From positions 2,356 to 66,355 of the forward strand of contig JAWSVH010000116.1 in assembly GCA_033852015.1 (NCBI GenBank): a DNA stretch of 64,000 nucleotides, read 5' to 3'. The position numbers and the translations under genes are program-made. The notes below the pieces were generated by a model, which worked only from the letters and a program-made list of their open reading frames with translations, searched no databases and had not been told where the DNA came from. The DNA is from Desulfobacula sp. (GTDB lineage: Bacteria; Desulfobacterota; Desulfobacteria; Desulfobacterales; Desulfobacteraceae). Below, piece after piece: positions 46,044 to 59,206 of this stretch (position 1 is the first letter of the stretch; each line of letters begins with the position of its first letter).

Positions 46044-46343
46044 TTACATTTTTAATACCATAAAAATGTAATCACCCTGGTTGAAATTTATCGTCAAGTT
46101 TGCACCACGGCCTTCAGCATACCTGATCCAGAATGGACGATCAGTTATCCCACATTCATAATCCGGATATGACTCACCGGTTATTCCATTCTTCCAGGAA
46201 AGAATCATAGGGTTCTCGCAAATCTCAAGTGCTTTATCTTTTGCCATTTGTTTTGCTTGTAACAAATCAAAGGCCGGATCATTTATATTTATATCCAGGA
46301 CTTGTTCTTCCTGATTTTGAGTTGTCGTAAATATTTGTGTCAT
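46044..46343 (-). CDS. Small hypothetical protein (99 aa)
   Basis: Start moved to ATG 46343 (MTQIFTTTQ..), preceded by GGAGGTG. The longer track ORF adds an implausible hydrophobic leader that overlaps the mtgA start region. Confidence 0.6.
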   Translation of the reverse strand: MTQIFTTTQNQEEQVLDININDPAFDLLQAKQMAKDKALEICENPMILSWKNGITGESYPDYECGITDRPFWIRYAEGRGANLTINFNQGDYIFMVLKM

Positions 46344-46441
46344 TGTATTCACCTCCGCTTTTTGGAGTATTGTTTCCTTTATTGTAAGGCTTGTTTTACA
46401 ATTGACAACACAGATGATTATAAGTAGAACCCAATTTAGAA

Positions 46442-47143
46442 ATGAAAAAATCCAAAACAAAAACAATCTTTGCCTGGATCTGGAAAACATCGCTAAAAAT
46501 AATAATCGCCGTGTTTTTCTTTACGATTATCCAGGTTATGACATTAAGATATATTAATCCGCCGCTGACCCCCAATGTGGCATGGGAATGGGCTGAATCC
46601 ATAATAACAGACCAACCGGGAAAACGGCCTGCATATCATTTCATAAAAATTTCAGATATCTCTGTGCATCTTCGACGGGCGGTTCTTTCTGCTGAGGACC
46701 AGCGATTTTTAGTACATAATGGGTTTGATATCAAAGAGATCAAACACGCCTTAAAAACATTTGTAAAGACCAAAAAATTAAGGGGTGCCAGTACCATCAG
46801 TATGCAAACAGCCAGAAGCGTATTTTTATTATCCAGCAAGAGCGGATTCAGAAAAATTGCTGAAATGTATTATACGATATTAATTGAACTGTTGTGGGAT
46901 AAACAAAGAATTCTGGAAATGTATTTAAACACGGTTGATTGGGGCACAGGTGTCACAGGGGCCCAGGCTGCATCGCAAAAATATTTTTCTAAAAATGCAA
47001 AACATTTAAACCCGTCCCAGGCCGCATTAATGACCGCAGTACTGCCTAACCCACATAAATGGTCGGTGAAACATCCAACACCTTACATCCATCTTCGCCA
47101 GATGCAGATCTTAAAAGATATGTATAAGATGCCGCTGCTTTAA
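46442..47143 (+). CDS. mtgA: Monofunctional biosynthetic peptidoglycan transglycosylase
   Basis: GT51 motifs RAVLSAEDQRFLVHNGFD, GASTISMQTARSVFL and RKIAEMYYTILIE, with a single N-terminal TM helix. Confidence 0.9.
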   Translation: MKKSKTKTIFAWIWKTSLKIIIAVFFFTIIQVMTLRYINPPLTPNVAWEWAESIITDQPGKRPAYHFIKISDISVHLRRAVLSAEDQRFLVHNGFDIKEIKHALKTFVKTKKLRGASTISMQTARSVFLLSSKSGFRKIAEMYYTILIELLWDKQRILEMYLNTVDWGTGVTGAQAASQKYFSKNAKHLNPSQAALMTAVLPNPHKWSVKHPTPYIHLRQMQILKDMYKMPLL

Positions 47144-47152
47144 AAAAAAACC

Positions 47153-48166
47153 TTATTGAAAATCAATCAGCTCCACTTCAAAAATCAAATCTGATTTAGG
47201 GGGAATGGCTCCCGGATATCCTTTTTCTCCATACGCAAGCGTATAAGGAATCAACAGCGTTCTTTTCTCACCCTTTTTCATGGTCAACAATGCCAGATCC
47301 CATCCTTTAATTACTTTCCCCATGCCCACATTAAACTCAAAGGGCTCATTTCGTTTTACAGAAGAATCAAAGACCTGTTTATTTTTGAACATGCCTGTAT
47401 AATGGACCGTCACACGAGTTCCAGGTTTTGGAGTTTGGCCCTCTCCTTTTTTATTTACCACATACATCAGACCTGAATCTGTAGAAACTGCATTCGGGTA
47501 ACGGATCTGCATTTCACTTTGAAACCTGGCCAAAGATTTTTTATTTTTATTTTTTTTGGCAGCATCAAAACTTTGCTCGTCTGCTTTAAAAGCCTGGGCA
47601 TCTTTACCAATTCTCAAAATGGTGAGCGTTTGAATCTTATCGCCCTTTCTGATTTTATTCACCACATCCAGACCCTTAACCACTTTACCAAAAACAGTAT
47701 GTAGATTGTCCAGATGCGGAGTCGCTTTATGGGTAATAAAAAATTGGCTTCCGTTGGTATTGGGCCCTGCATTGGCCATGGAAAGGATACCGGCAGAATC
47801 ATGTTTTAATTCTTTGACAAATTCATCGCCAAACTTATACCCAGGACCGCCCCGACCAGTTCCTGTGGGGTCACCACCCTGAATCATAAAATTATCAACT
47901 ACCCGATGGAAAATTAAACCGTCATAGTATTTTTTTGAAGCCCCCTGGTTAGAAGGAAGCGTTCCCTGGGCAAGACCTGCAAAATTAATACAGGTCATGG
48001 GTACCTGTTTATAATACAATTTAACAACCATTTGACCTTTATTCGTGTCAAACTGTGCATACAGACCATCTTCAAGTTCACTGGAAAAAGCCGTCGCAGT
48101 CCATAAGAAAAAAGAAAAACCGATAATGACCATAATTTTTGTACAAACTTTTGAAAATGAAAACAT
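47153..48166 (-). CDS. Secreted dual-domain peptidyl-prolyl isomerase (cyclophilin-type N-domain + FKBP-type C-domain)
   Basis: Cyclophilin block [47 protein letters not shown] block [46 protein letters not shown]. Signal peptide and AAGGAGA RBS. Confidence 0.9.
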   Translation of the reverse strand: MFSFSKVCTKIMVIIGFSFFLWTATAFSSELEDGLYAQFDTNKGQMVVKLYYKQVPMTCINFAGLAQGTLPSNQGASKKYYDGLIFHRVVDNFMIQGGDPTGTGRGGPGYKFGDEFVKELKHDSAGILSMANAGPNTNGSQFFITHKATPHLDNLHTVFGKVVKGLDVVNKIRKGDKIQTLTILRIGKDAQAFKADEQSFDAAKKNKNKKSLARFQSEMQIRYPNAVSTDSGLMYVVNKKGEGQTPKPGTRVTVHYTGMFKNKQVFDSSVKRNEPFEFNVGMGKVIKGWDLALLTMKKGEKRTLLIPYTLAYGEKGYPGAIPPKSDLIFEVELIDFQ

Positions 48167-48209
48167 TTAGATGTCTCCTTGCGTTTCAGGGGTTTTAAGT
48201 TGCCGAAAA

Positions 48210-48246
48210 TCAAAAAACCCGGCACTCATTGAGTTGAGGCCGGGTT
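48210..48246 (-). terminator. Rho-independent terminator downstream of tRNA-His
   Basis: AACCCGGC / GCCGGGTT stem, followed on the minus strand by TTTTTTG. Confidence 0.65.
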
Positions 48247-48265
48247 AAAATTTAAAAGGAAAAAA

Positions 48266-48342
<77 letters not shown>

Positions 48343-48535
48343 TCAAAAAACTTATACTAACTACCAGAACCTGATAAATTTTTCAATAGTTTTTTAATTG
48401 CAACCACAGCAATTGCACTATTTAATACTTTTGCGTTTGTAAGGCACCTATCCTGAAAAGCCATAATTAACATTGACCTTAAAGGGTTGTTTGACTATTA
48501 TCCTGCCTATAAATTATTATAAAAAGGATGTAGCT

Positions 48536-48709
48536 ATGAATGCTCTGTTAATATTTAGTGTCCGTCTTATCTTAGGCATTGTTTTCGGCCTGGTTATTAT
48601 ACGACTGTTCCGACCGGAATGGGGTGTTTTCCATGGTGTTGGCACAGGACTTCTCCTTGTTGCCGGCGCTTATGCCATGCAACTTTTTCGAAAAAAGAAA
48701 CAAGAATAG
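48536..48709 (+). CDS. Small membrane protein (57 aa, two hydrophobic helices)
   Basis: ATG 48536 follows AAGGATG. MNALLIFSVRLILGIVFGLVIIRLF...GVGTGLLLVAGAYAMQLFRKKKQE. A TTGACT-18-TATTAT promoter-like pair lies at 48491-48520. Confidence 0.5.
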   Translation: MNALLIFSVRLILGIVFGLVIIRLFRPEWGVFHGVGTGLLLVAGAYAMQLFRKKKQE

Positions 48710-48729
48710 AACCCAAAGGTTTTTATACA

Positions 48730-50646
48730 GTGGAAAAAAATATCATCTTAGGCACTGCAGGACACATTGATCATGGGAAAACCAGCCTCGTTAGAGCATT
48801 AACCGGCATTGAAACAGACCGTTTAAAAGAAGAAAAAGAACGAGGTATTACCATTGAACTTGGGTTTGCATCTTTAGAGCTACCCAACGGCCAGCATGTT
48901 GGGATTGTAGACATGCCAGGTCATGAAAAGTTCGTAAAAAATATGGTCGCCGGTTCCAGCGGGATTGATGTGGTCACCATGGTCATTGCAGCAGACGAAG
49001 GTGTCATGCCCCAGACAAGAGAACATATGGAGATTTGCAATCTCATGGGGATCGAACACGGGATAATTGCACTGACCAAAATTGACATGGTGGATGAAGA
49101 TCTTTTAGAACTTGCCATGGATGACATCAATGATTTTGTTCAAGGAACTTTTCTTGAAGACAAACCGATTGTTCCCGTCTCATCCACCACCAATAAAGGC
49201 ATTGATCTATTTGTCTCAACCCTTGAAAATATTTGTAAAAGCCTCCCCCAAAGAAAATTTTCTCCCATATTCAGGCTACCGGTGGACCGGGTCTTTTCCA
49301 TGAAAGGATTTGGTACTGTTATTACAGGAACACTCATGTCTGGAAAAATTGATGTGGGAAGTGATATCATGGTCTATCCCAAACAAATTATCTCTAAAGT
49401 ACGAGGTATCCAGGTGCATAGCGATGGTGTTGAAACTGCCGGGCCAGGCACGCGAACAGCCATCAATTTCCAGGGACTGGACAAAGAATTGATCAACCGT
49501 GGAGATATTTTATCCACACCAGACACATTAATCGAAAGCTATATGGTCGATGCCCATTTCCAATATTTAAAAAGCAATGCAAAACCAGCTAAAGCCAGGA
49601 CACGGATAAGATTTCATTCAGGAACCAGTGAAATCCTAGGGTATATGGTTCTATTAGATAGAAAAGAACTGTTTGCCGGAGACGAGGCCTGTGTGCAGTT
49701 TAGGCTTGAATCACCGGTCTGTTGCATCAAAGATGATCGATATGTTATCCGAAGCTATTCACCGGTAAAAACCATTGGCGGTGGAACCATACTGAATCCG
49801 GCCTCTCAGAAACACAAACTGTTTGACGAAAAAGTAACGATGGGACTTGAAAATCTTTTACTTGATGATATGGAACAGACCATTTCTTTTTTTCTATCTT
49901 TAAAAGGATATCAGGGACTAACTTTTTTCCAGTTAAGAGTCATGACCAATATCCCGGATAAAAAACTTGCCGCAACCTTACAAAAAATGCTGGCCAAACA
50001 AAAAGTAATTCAGACAGACAAAGAAAAACAATTGTATATTATTGGCCGTTTTTTTGATGAATTCAAAGAAAAATTAGTTTTGCAATTAGAAGCTTATCAT
50101 ACCAACAATCCTTTAAAAGAAGGTATGCCCACCCAGGAACTGAAATCCAAATTCCAGTATATTGATGACGCTAAATTTTTTAATATTCTTTTTACCAAAC
50201 TTGCCAAAGAAAACCTTATTGTTCTGGACAAAAATATCATTAAGCTGGCCACCCACACGGTAGCGCTCCAGGTCGACCAAAGTGAAGTCAAAGAAAAAAT
50301 TAAAAAAATATACCAGGAATCTGATTTGACTCCGCCCTTTTTCAGGACAATCTGTGCGGACCTCAATTTAGACAAGAAAAATGCTACAGATGTTTTACAC
50401 ATGCTCATCAATGAAAAATCCATTATCAAAACAAAAGATGATTTATATTTTGATGCCAAGAGGATAGATGATCTTGGTCAGGAACTGACCACATTTCTTA
50501 AAGAAAACGAAACCATCACCACGCCCCAGTTCAAAGACATTGTAAATGTTTCCAGAAAATTTGTTATTCCATTGATTGAGTATTTTGATTCAATTAATTT
50601 GACTATCCGGGTAGGAGATACCCGGCAATTGAGAAGAAAATCTTAA
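48730..50646 (+). CDS. selB: Selenocysteine-specific translation elongation factor SelB
   Basis: G-domain [48 protein letters not shown], plus long C-terminal winged-helix repeats, ~638 aa. Start placed at GTG 48730, because the upstream track extension is Cys/Trp/Arg-rich and overlaps the small membrane ORF. Confidence 0.9.
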   Translation: MEKNIILGTAGHIDHGKTSLVRALTGIETDRLKEEKERGITIELGFASLELPNGQHVGIVDMPGHEKFVKNMVAGSSGIDVVTMVIAADEGVMPQTREHMEICNLMGIEHGIIALTKIDMVDEDLLELAMDDINDFVQGTFLEDKPIVPVSSTTNKGIDLFVSTLENICKSLPQRKFSPIFRLPVDRVFSMKGFGTVITGTLMSGKIDVGSDIMVYPKQIISKVRGIQVHSDGVETAGPGTRTAINFQGLDKELINRGDILSTPDTLIESYMVDAHFQYLKSNAKPAKARTRIRFHSGTSEILGYMVLLDRKELFAGDEACVQFRLESPVCCIKDDRYVIRSYSPVKTIGGGTILNPASQKHKLFDEKVTMGLENLLLDDMEQTISFFLSLKGYQGLTFFQLRVMTNIPDKKLAATLQKMLAKQKVIQTDKEKQLYIIGRFFDEFKEKLVLQLEAYHTNNPLKEGMPTQELKSKFQYIDDAKFFNILFTKLAKENLIVLDKNIIKLATHTVALQVDQSEVKEKIKKIYQESDLTPPFFRTICADLNLDKKNATDVLHMLINEKSIIKTKDDLYFDAKRIDDLGQELTTFLKENETITTPQFKDIVNVSRKFVIPLIEYFDSINLTIRVGDTRQLRRKS

Positions 50647-50651
50647 ACAAA

Positions 50652-51857
50652 CTAATCTGATAATATTTTTTGGGCAAATGCTTCGACAATACTGTCCAGT
50701 CTGATTTTACCCTCTAAGGTAAGAAAAAAACAATTCTCTTCAATTTTTCCTAAAGATTCGGTTTCGACCTGGGCAATGATCGATTCAAATTCCTTTTTAA
50801 AAGACAGGTCAAACAGGGTTTGAAATTTTTCAAGGTTAAGGCCTTCAAGGGTGCGAAGTCTGAGCATGATCATCTCCAGCATCTTTTGTTCAATACTGAG
50901 CGTCTCCACCTGATCCACAGCCAGTTGGCCTTCTTTAATATTTTCCATGTAAATATCTATATCAGAATAATTCCATGATCTGTTCTCACCATCAAAAGAG
51001 TGTGCTGCCGGCCCAAACCCAGAATAAGGAATCATCTCCCAATATCTTGAGTTGTGTTTAGATCTATTACAAGTGCTATCATCGGTGCAATTCTGGCCAT
51101 TGTTCTTTTTAGTCCTAGCAAAATTAGAAATCTCATAATGTTCATACCCGGATTCAATCAGAATAGTTGAAGTTTCTTCAAATAATCTGAACATCATATC
51201 TTGATTTAGCGGCTCTATCTGATTTTTTTCTACTTTTTCATCCAAAGGGGTGCCCGGCTCAATGGTGAGCATATAACAAGATAGGTGGGACGGCATGATT
51301 TCTAACGCTGTTTTTAGATCCTGCTGCCACATTTTTTCATCTTCAAAAGGCAGCCCGTAAATCAGATCCAGGCCGATATTCTCAAACCCTGCCTTTTGAG
51401 CATGTTCGATGGCTTCAAAGCTTTGCTTGACTGTATGAATTCGATTTAAAAAAAGCAGTTTTTTTGTACTAAAAGATTGGACGCCAAGACTGAGTCGATT
51501 AATTCCAATAGCTTTTAACTGAACCAGATAATCTTCATCAATGGTTCCGGGATTAACTTCAAAGGTTATTTCAGTATCCTGGGACACGTCAAAATTTCTC
51601 TGGATACCCTGCAATATTGTTTCAATCTGATGAATTTTTAAGATAGACGGGGTTCCACCGCCAAAATAGATGGTATCCACATGGCTTTTATCATGATGAC
51701 ATTTGCCCATACGACCCGCACGCATATCCATCTCTTTGACCAGACATTGAATATACTCTGACGCCAGTGACAAACGTGTATCTGAATAAAAGTCACAATA
51801 GGCACATTTTTTAACACAAAATGGAACATGAATATAAATTGATTTTTTTTCAGACAA
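50652..51857 (-). CDS. hemW: Radical SAM heme chaperone HemW (coproporphyrinogen III oxidase-like)
   Basis: IYIHVPFCVKKCAYCDFYS (CxxxCxxC), ..IYFGGGTPS.., C-terminal HemN_C-like region. Confidence 0.9.
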   Translation of the reverse strand: MSEKKSIYIHVPFCVKKCAYCDFYSDTRLSLASEYIQCLVKEMDMRAGRMGKCHHDKSHVDTIYFGGGTPSILKIHQIETILQGIQRNFDVSQDTEITFEVNPGTIDEDYLVQLKAIGINRLSLGVQSFSTKKLLFLNRIHTVKQSFEAIEHAQKAGFENIGLDLIYGLPFEDEKMWQQDLKTALEIMPSHLSCYMLTIEPGTPLDEKVEKNQIEPLNQDMMFRLFEETSTILIESGYEHYEISNFARTKKNNGQNCTDDSTCNRSKHNSRYWEMIPYSGFGPAAHSFDGENRSWNYSDIDIYMENIKEGQLAVDQVETLSIEQKMLEMIMLRLRTLEGLNLEKFQTLFDLSFKKEFESIIAQVETESLGKIEENCFFLTLEGKIRLDSIVEAFAQKILSD

Positions 51858-53010
51858 AGCGTTTCATCAACTCATCAATGACGATATCAACATTTTCAGG
51901 GGTCACTCCATATTGTTTACATGCCTCTTTTACCTGTGTAAGATGGGGACTGTTTTCCATATCATCAGGCCCACGGAAAAATCCCATCCGCCGTCCGATC
52001 TGATATAAAACCCTTTTCTCTGGCTCAAGCTCAAAAAACCGATCAATAATACCAATAAGCTTTTCTTTGTCTTCAGGCATTTTCCCATTGATGGTCTCAA
52101 ACAAATTCAGTATATGATCACTTTTGATATATGAATCAACCCCATCAAGACTTTCCAAAAGCAAGCGCAGTTCCTTTGCCATCATGGCATCTGTGGGTTT
52201 ATCAAATTCACCCTTTTCTACCTGCATGGATAACTCAGTACCATCGGTCACAGCCAGGGTCCTGATCCGTATAAATTCAGGGTTGATACTGTTCAGAGCA
52301 GACGCTGTTTCCAAGGCATGCTCAATGGAATATTCAATACCGCCAAGACCTGGCATAATATATTCGGACAACTGAATGCCGGCTTCTTTCACTTTTAATC
52401 CAGCCTTAATATGTACTTGCTTGGTGGTTCCTTTTTTAATCTTTTTTAATACCGCGTCTGATCCGGATTCCATACCGATATGAATTCGATTAAGTCCGGC
52501 ATCCGCCATACGATTCAAATCTGCCTGTTTAATGCGGACAATGGTATGGCTTCTGGCATAGGAGGTGATCCGCTTTATATTAGGAAAACAAGACTTAATA
52601 TGTTCAAGAATAGATACCAGATCATCAGGCTTCATAATCATAGAATCAGCATCCTGTAAAAATAAGGACTCCATTCCGGATTCATACCAGTTCATCGCAG
52701 CATTAAAAGCCACCCGATCTTTTTCCTCAAAACTATTATACAAGGTATTTATCACATCATTGTCTTCAAGACCGCCAGGCTTAACAACCTGCCGCATTCG
52801 ATCAACATACGTATGGATAAGATCAATATCCTTTATAATATTTTCTTTTGATCTAAATGAAAAAGATTCTTTCTTATATACCCGGCAAAATGTACACATA
52901 TTCCAGGGACAATTTCTTGTCAAACGGATTAAAAGACTGTATGCCTCACTGGGAGGGCGTATTGGTCCTTGTTCAAAACCCTGATATTTATCAATATTTT
53001 TCTTTTCCAT
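51850..53010 (-). CDS. Radical SAM-like protein of uncharacterised family with CX4CX2C motif
   Basis: GPIRPPSEAYSLLIRLTRNCPWNMCTFCRVYKK near the N-terminus, with TIM-barrel-like blocks (LFLQDADS, RIHIGMESGSD). Overlaps the hemW start by 8 nt. Confidence 0.85.
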   Translation of the reverse strand: MEKKNIDKYQGFEQGPIRPPSEAYSLLIRLTRNCPWNMCTFCRVYKKESFSFRSKENIIKDIDLIHTYVDRMRQVVKPGGLEDNDVINTLYNSFEEKDRVAFNAAMNWYESGMESLFLQDADSMIMKPDDLVSILEHIKSCFPNIKRITSYARSHTIVRIKQADLNRMADAGLNRIHIGMESGSDAVLKKIKKGTTKQVHIKAGLKVKEAGIQLSEYIMPGLGGIEYSIEHALETASALNSINPEFIRIRTLAVTDGTELSMQVEKGEFDKPTDAMMAKELRLLLESLDGVDSYIKSDHILNLFETINGKMPEDKEKLIGIIDRFFELEPEKRVLYQIGRRMGFFRGPDDMENSPHLTQVKEACKQYGVTPENVDIVIDELMKRFV

Positions 53011-53202
53011 AACGTATATTTACACCTGTATTGTTTGTTTTTCTATGATATATCGCTTTCTTCATATTAATACCTGAGCACTTAAAGTCAATTGATTTGA
53101 TCCGGCCATTTTGTTGAGGGTCTTTTATTTAACCAGAGCTTGAAACTTGATGGTTTTTTATGATACTTATCCAGCATTTGAAATTTAAGATTTGTGACTT
53201 AA

Positions 53203-55525
<2,323 letters not shown>

Positions 55526-55535
55526 AGAAACTGAC

Positions 55536-56261
55536 ATGACCATTGCTATAATCCCATCCAGGTATAGATCAAGCAGACTTGAAGGCAAACCTCTGGCGCT
55601 TGTTGCAGGTAAATCCATGATACAACGCGTGTATGAGCAGGCTCAAAAATCCGAGGCGATAGACAAAACGATTGTGGCCACAGATGATGAACGCATTATA
55701 AATGCCGTTGAAGCCTTTGGAGGAACAGCTGTCATGACCTCCGATGAATGTCGATCCGGAACCGACCGGGTGGCCCAGACTGCTGAAATGTTAAAACTTG
55801 GCCCCGATGACATTATTGTTAATATCCAAGGGGATCAGCCCATATTCAACCCTTTAACCATTGATGAGCTGATTGCACCATTTGCCGATGACCCGGATCT
55901 TGTCATGTCCACCCTTGCCTTTAAGATTCAAGACAAAAGAGAAATTACGGACCCTAAAGATGTCAAGGTGACCTTTGACAACAACGGGTTTGCCATGTAT
56001 TTTTCCAGAGCCCAGATCCCCTACCCCAGAGACGAACAGACAAACACTGACTTTTATAAACATTTGGGATTTTATGCCTATAAAAAAAGTTTCCTGGACA
56101 AACTGATAACCCTTCCCACAGGAACCTGTGAAAACATTGAAAAGCTTGAACAACTAAGAGTTCTCGAATTTGGATACAAAATCAAGGTGGTTGTGACCCC
56201 CTTTGATTCACCGGAAATTGATCTGCCCGAAGATATTGAACGGGTTGAAGCAAAACTTTAA
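55536..56261 (+). CDS. kdsB: 3-deoxy-manno-octulosonate cytidylyltransferase (CMP-Kdo synthetase)
   Basis: IAIIPSRYRSSRLEGKPL, ..VATDD.RI..., ..VNIQGDQP.., ..EQLRVLE.G KdsB motifs. Confidence 0.92.
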   Translation: MTIAIIPSRYRSSRLEGKPLALVAGKSMIQRVYEQAQKSEAIDKTIVATDDERIINAVEAFGGTAVMTSDECRSGTDRVAQTAEMLKLGPDDIIVNIQGDQPIFNPLTIDELIAPFADDPDLVMSTLAFKIQDKREITDPKDVKVTFDNNGFAMYFSRAQIPYPRDEQTNTDFYKHLGFYAYKKSFLDKLITLPTGTCENIEKLEQLRVLEFGYKIKVVVTPFDSPEIDLPEDIERVEAKL

Positions 56262-56277
56262 TAGACGAAACCTTTAT

Positions 56278-57432
56278 ATGAGATCTCTATATAAAATACT
56301 TCACACCACCTGCCACACAGGTTGGGGTGGTCTTGAAAAACGCATTTTTAATGAATCGGTGTGGATGAGAGAAAAAGGCCACTCGATCATCATTGCAGCC
56401 CCCAAGGGCACCCCTTTGTTTTTAAAAGCAAAAGATGCCGGATTCCAGGTCTACCCAATCGCTTTTAAGCGTCTGACCATTGTAAAAGATTATCGATTTT
56501 TAAAGCGCATCTGTTATAATGAAAATCCAGACATTATCAATACCCATGGTAACAAGGATTCCAAATTGGCTCTTTTTGCTGCTAAAAAAGCCAATGTCCC
56601 TTGTCGGATTCTTTCTCGCCACATCAGTGCGCATGTAAGAAATTCCTTGTATAACAGGCGACTTTACAAGAAACTGTGCCACTATATTTTCACCACTGCC
56701 GACTACACGACCCACCATCTTAAACGAGTGTTCAAGCTAAAAGATATGCAGATCTTTTCCATGCCAAGCGGTATTATAGAACCTGCTACACTCATGGAAA
56801 AAGACGAAGCAAGAATAGCCCTGGCAACATCATTGGGCCTTGAGCCAGATACCCGATTCATAGGCTTTGTAGGGCGAGTATCAAAGGACAAGGGGATTGA
56901 TACGCTTTTACACGCCTTTAAAAACATTCGCCATAAACTGCCAGGGTATAAGGTTGCCCTTGTGGGGGATGGAACAAAAGAATACATAAAACATCTTAAA
57001 ATCCTGGCAAAAAAACTGCAGATCGAAAAGTATATTCATTTTACAGGATTCAAAGAAGATGTCTGGCCCTATTACCGGGCACTAGACTGCAAAATTCTTC
57101 CATCCATAAATATAAAGGGCGTCCCGTTTGAAGGCGTTCCCCAGGCTCTTTTAGAAGCCATGATCTGCGAATGCCCTGTTGTCGGATCAGACAGCGGTGG
57201 TATTGTAAATATTATTAACCATGAAAAAACTGGCCTGATATTTAAATCGTCTGATTCCAATGATCTTTCAAATAAAATATTACAGACACTGCAAAACAAA
57301 GATGCTGCCAATCAGCGTGTCAAGACCGCATGCACGTTGGTCAAAAAACATCATACCATTGACGCCATGGGAAGAAATGTCATCCGAATATATCGGCTAC
57401 ATCAAGTCAAACTGGACCGGACGCCTTATTAA
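56278..57432 (+). CDS. Glycosyltransferase family 4 (GT-B, LPS core type)
   Basis: Start at ATG 56278 (MRSLYKILH..GWGGLEKR). C-terminal FEGVPQALLEAMICECPVVGSDSGG (E-x7-E). Confidence 0.88.
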   Translation: MRSLYKILHTTCHTGWGGLEKRIFNESVWMREKGHSIIIAAPKGTPLFLKAKDAGFQVYPIAFKRLTIVKDYRFLKRICYNENPDIINTHGNKDSKLALFAAKKANVPCRILSRHISAHVRNSLYNRRLYKKLCHYIFTTADYTTHHLKRVFKLKDMQIFSMPSGIIEPATLMEKDEARIALATSLGLEPDTRFIGFVGRVSKDKGIDTLLHAFKNIRHKLPGYKVALVGDGTKEYIKHLKILAKKLQIEKYIHFTGFKEDVWPYYRALDCKILPSINIKGVPFEGVPQALLEAMICECPVVGSDSGGIVNIINHEKTGLIFKSSDSNDLSNKILQTLQNKDAANQRVKTACTLVKKHHTIDAMGRNVIRIYRLHQVKLDRTPY

Positions 57433-57453
57433 AACATATTCGGGATACTATTT

Positions 57454-58512
57454 ATGATACCAAATTCATTTCGATTCCAAAAACATATACCAACTATAAT
57501 GTTTATTCTAAGACCTGTTCTTTTTATATTGGATATCATTTTAATCCCCTTTGTTTTCTTAAGCGGCATCCTATTTTATATTATCCGCCTCATTGATATC
57601 AATCATCTGGAAAATATGAAGATTACAAAAAAAATCCTTTTATGGATTGGAGTATATCCCGTTTTAGACCATTTCTATGACCCGTTAACCCACCCTAAAT
57701 CCCTAAAGCACCCCCTCAACAAAGCAAGAAATCTGCCCGGTTTTGATTTAAACGATAAAATACAATTAGAGATATTGGACCAATTTGATTTCAATGAAGA
57801 GTTTGAAAACTTTCCTTTAAACTTTCAAGGCAAATTGGAATATTTTTACATTAATTTTTCATTTTTGCCGGTTGATGCTCAATATTTATACAACACCATT
57901 CGGCATAATAAACCTAAACGATTCATTGAAATAGGCTGTGGATTTTCAACTCTTGTCTCGGCAAAAGCACTTGAAATGAACCAAAAAGAGAATAGTGAAC
58001 ATAAAAACCAACATATCTGCATTGAACCTTACAGGTACGACTGGATAAGCAATTTAAATATTCAGTTAATGAAACAACCGGTAGAAAGCTTAGATAAAAG
58101 TATTTTTGAACAATTAGAAGCCAATGATATCCTTTTTATTGATTCTTCCCATATGATAAAACCCCAGGGAGATGTCTTGTGTGAATACCTCGAGATTCTA
58201 CCCATCTTAAAGCCTGGAGTGATTGTTCATATCCATGATATTTACACACCCAAAGATTACCCTGAAAAATGCATTATTAATCAGATTAAATTTTGGAATG
58301 AACAATATTTATTAGAAGCATTCTTATCGTCTAATGTTGATTTTGAAATTATTGGTGCTGTAAATTACTTGAAAGACAATTATTTTGAAGCTTTGGCTTC
58401 TAAATGTCCTGCACTAAAAGATGAAAGAATCATTAAGAAATCAGAAGAAAAATTAGCGGGTTCCTCTTTACATTTTCTGGAAACCAGTTCTTTTTGGATC
58501 AGAAGAAAATAA
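57454..58512 (+). CDS. Membrane-anchored class I SAM-dependent methyltransferase-like protein
   Basis: N-terminal TM helix. FIEIGCGFSTL (motif I) and ILFIDSSHM blocks resemble the Methyltransf_24/CmcI-like families. Confidence 0.75.
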   Translation: MIPNSFRFQKHIPTIMFILRPVLFILDIILIPFVFLSGILFYIIRLIDINHLENMKITKKILLWIGVYPVLDHFYDPLTHPKSLKHPLNKARNLPGFDLNDKIQLEILDQFDFNEEFENFPLNFQGKLEYFYINFSFLPVDAQYLYNTIRHNKPKRFIEIGCGFSTLVSAKALEMNQKENSEHKNQHICIEPYRYDWISNLNIQLMKQPVESLDKSIFEQLEANDILFIDSSHMIKPQGDVLCEYLEILPILKPGVIVHIHDIYTPKDYPEKCIINQIKFWNEQYLLEAFLSSNVDFEIIGAVNYLKDNYFEALASKCPALKDERIIKKSEEKLAGSSLHFLETSSFWIRRK

Positions 58513-58516
58513 TATT

Positions 58517-59206
58517 TCAAGACCCGCTAAACTCAGTATCCTTTTTAAAAATAACCAGACCCTGGGTAAACACGATGGGCCAAATAATTTTATAGTCCAG
58601 CAGTTGGCCATATTTAGAAGCTGTTTTTAAAACCTCTTCAATTTTTAGAGGTCTTTCATCGTGGAAGATCCAAAGCCCCATTTTTTCGGTAATAAAACGG
58701 GCAAGCCTGTATAAAAATGTCGGAGTTGGAAATGTAATTACTACATACCCACCATTTTTCAAAAGATCGAAATGAGCCTTGATTGCTTTTTGAGTACCCT
58801 CGCTATCAAAATGTTCTATCAAACCAACGCTCAACACCAAATCTGATGATTGTGTCTCCAGTTTCCCATTTAAAATATCTTGATTTAACAAAACCACATT
58901 ATCATCTTTGGTAATTCTATCTTTTGTCTTCTCAAGCCCGGTAGAATTACTATCGATGATGACATACTTTGAAGGTTTTAATTCACTGATTAACAGCTCC
59001 AAAAATGTGCTGTTGGCACCCCCAAGTTCTGTCAATATAAATCCTTTTGTTTCTCCAATATGTTTTTTTATTGTCTCTATCAGAGTGCGTCCGGTGATTT
59101 TCCGGGTAAAGGTCGCAGTTTTATAAGGAGAATCATAATATTTAGTCCAGTCTGTTTTTTCCAAATCATTAATCCTTTCGTTTAAAAACAAACTCTTTTT
59201 GTACAA
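58517..59206 (-). CDS. Class I SAM-dependent methyltransferase
   Basis: ILTELGGANSTF (motif I-like), YVIIDSN, GGYVVITFPTP. Confidence 0.8.
   Translation of the reverse strand: MYKKSLFLNERINDLEKTDWTKYYDSPYKTATFTRKITGRTLIETIKKHIGETKGFILTELGGANSTFLELLISELKPSKYVIIDSNSTGLEKTKDRITKDDNVVLLNQDILNGKLETQSSDLVLSVGLIEHFDSEGTQKAIKAHFDLLKNGGYVVITFPTPTFLYRLARFITEKMGLWIFHDERPLKIEEVLKTASKYGQLLDYKIIWPIVFTQGLVIFKKDTEFSGS

Noticed and set aside
46344-46490. N-terminal extension of the 46044 ORF
   Set aside because: The internal ATG at 46343 has a strong GGAGGTG RBS. The extension would overlap the mtgA start region.
48619-48729. Upstream ATG extension of selB
   Set aside because: The extension (MGCFPWCWHRTSPCCRRLCH..) is unlike any SelB N-terminus and overlaps a better small membrane ORF in another frame. 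The G-domain begins immediately after GTG 48730.
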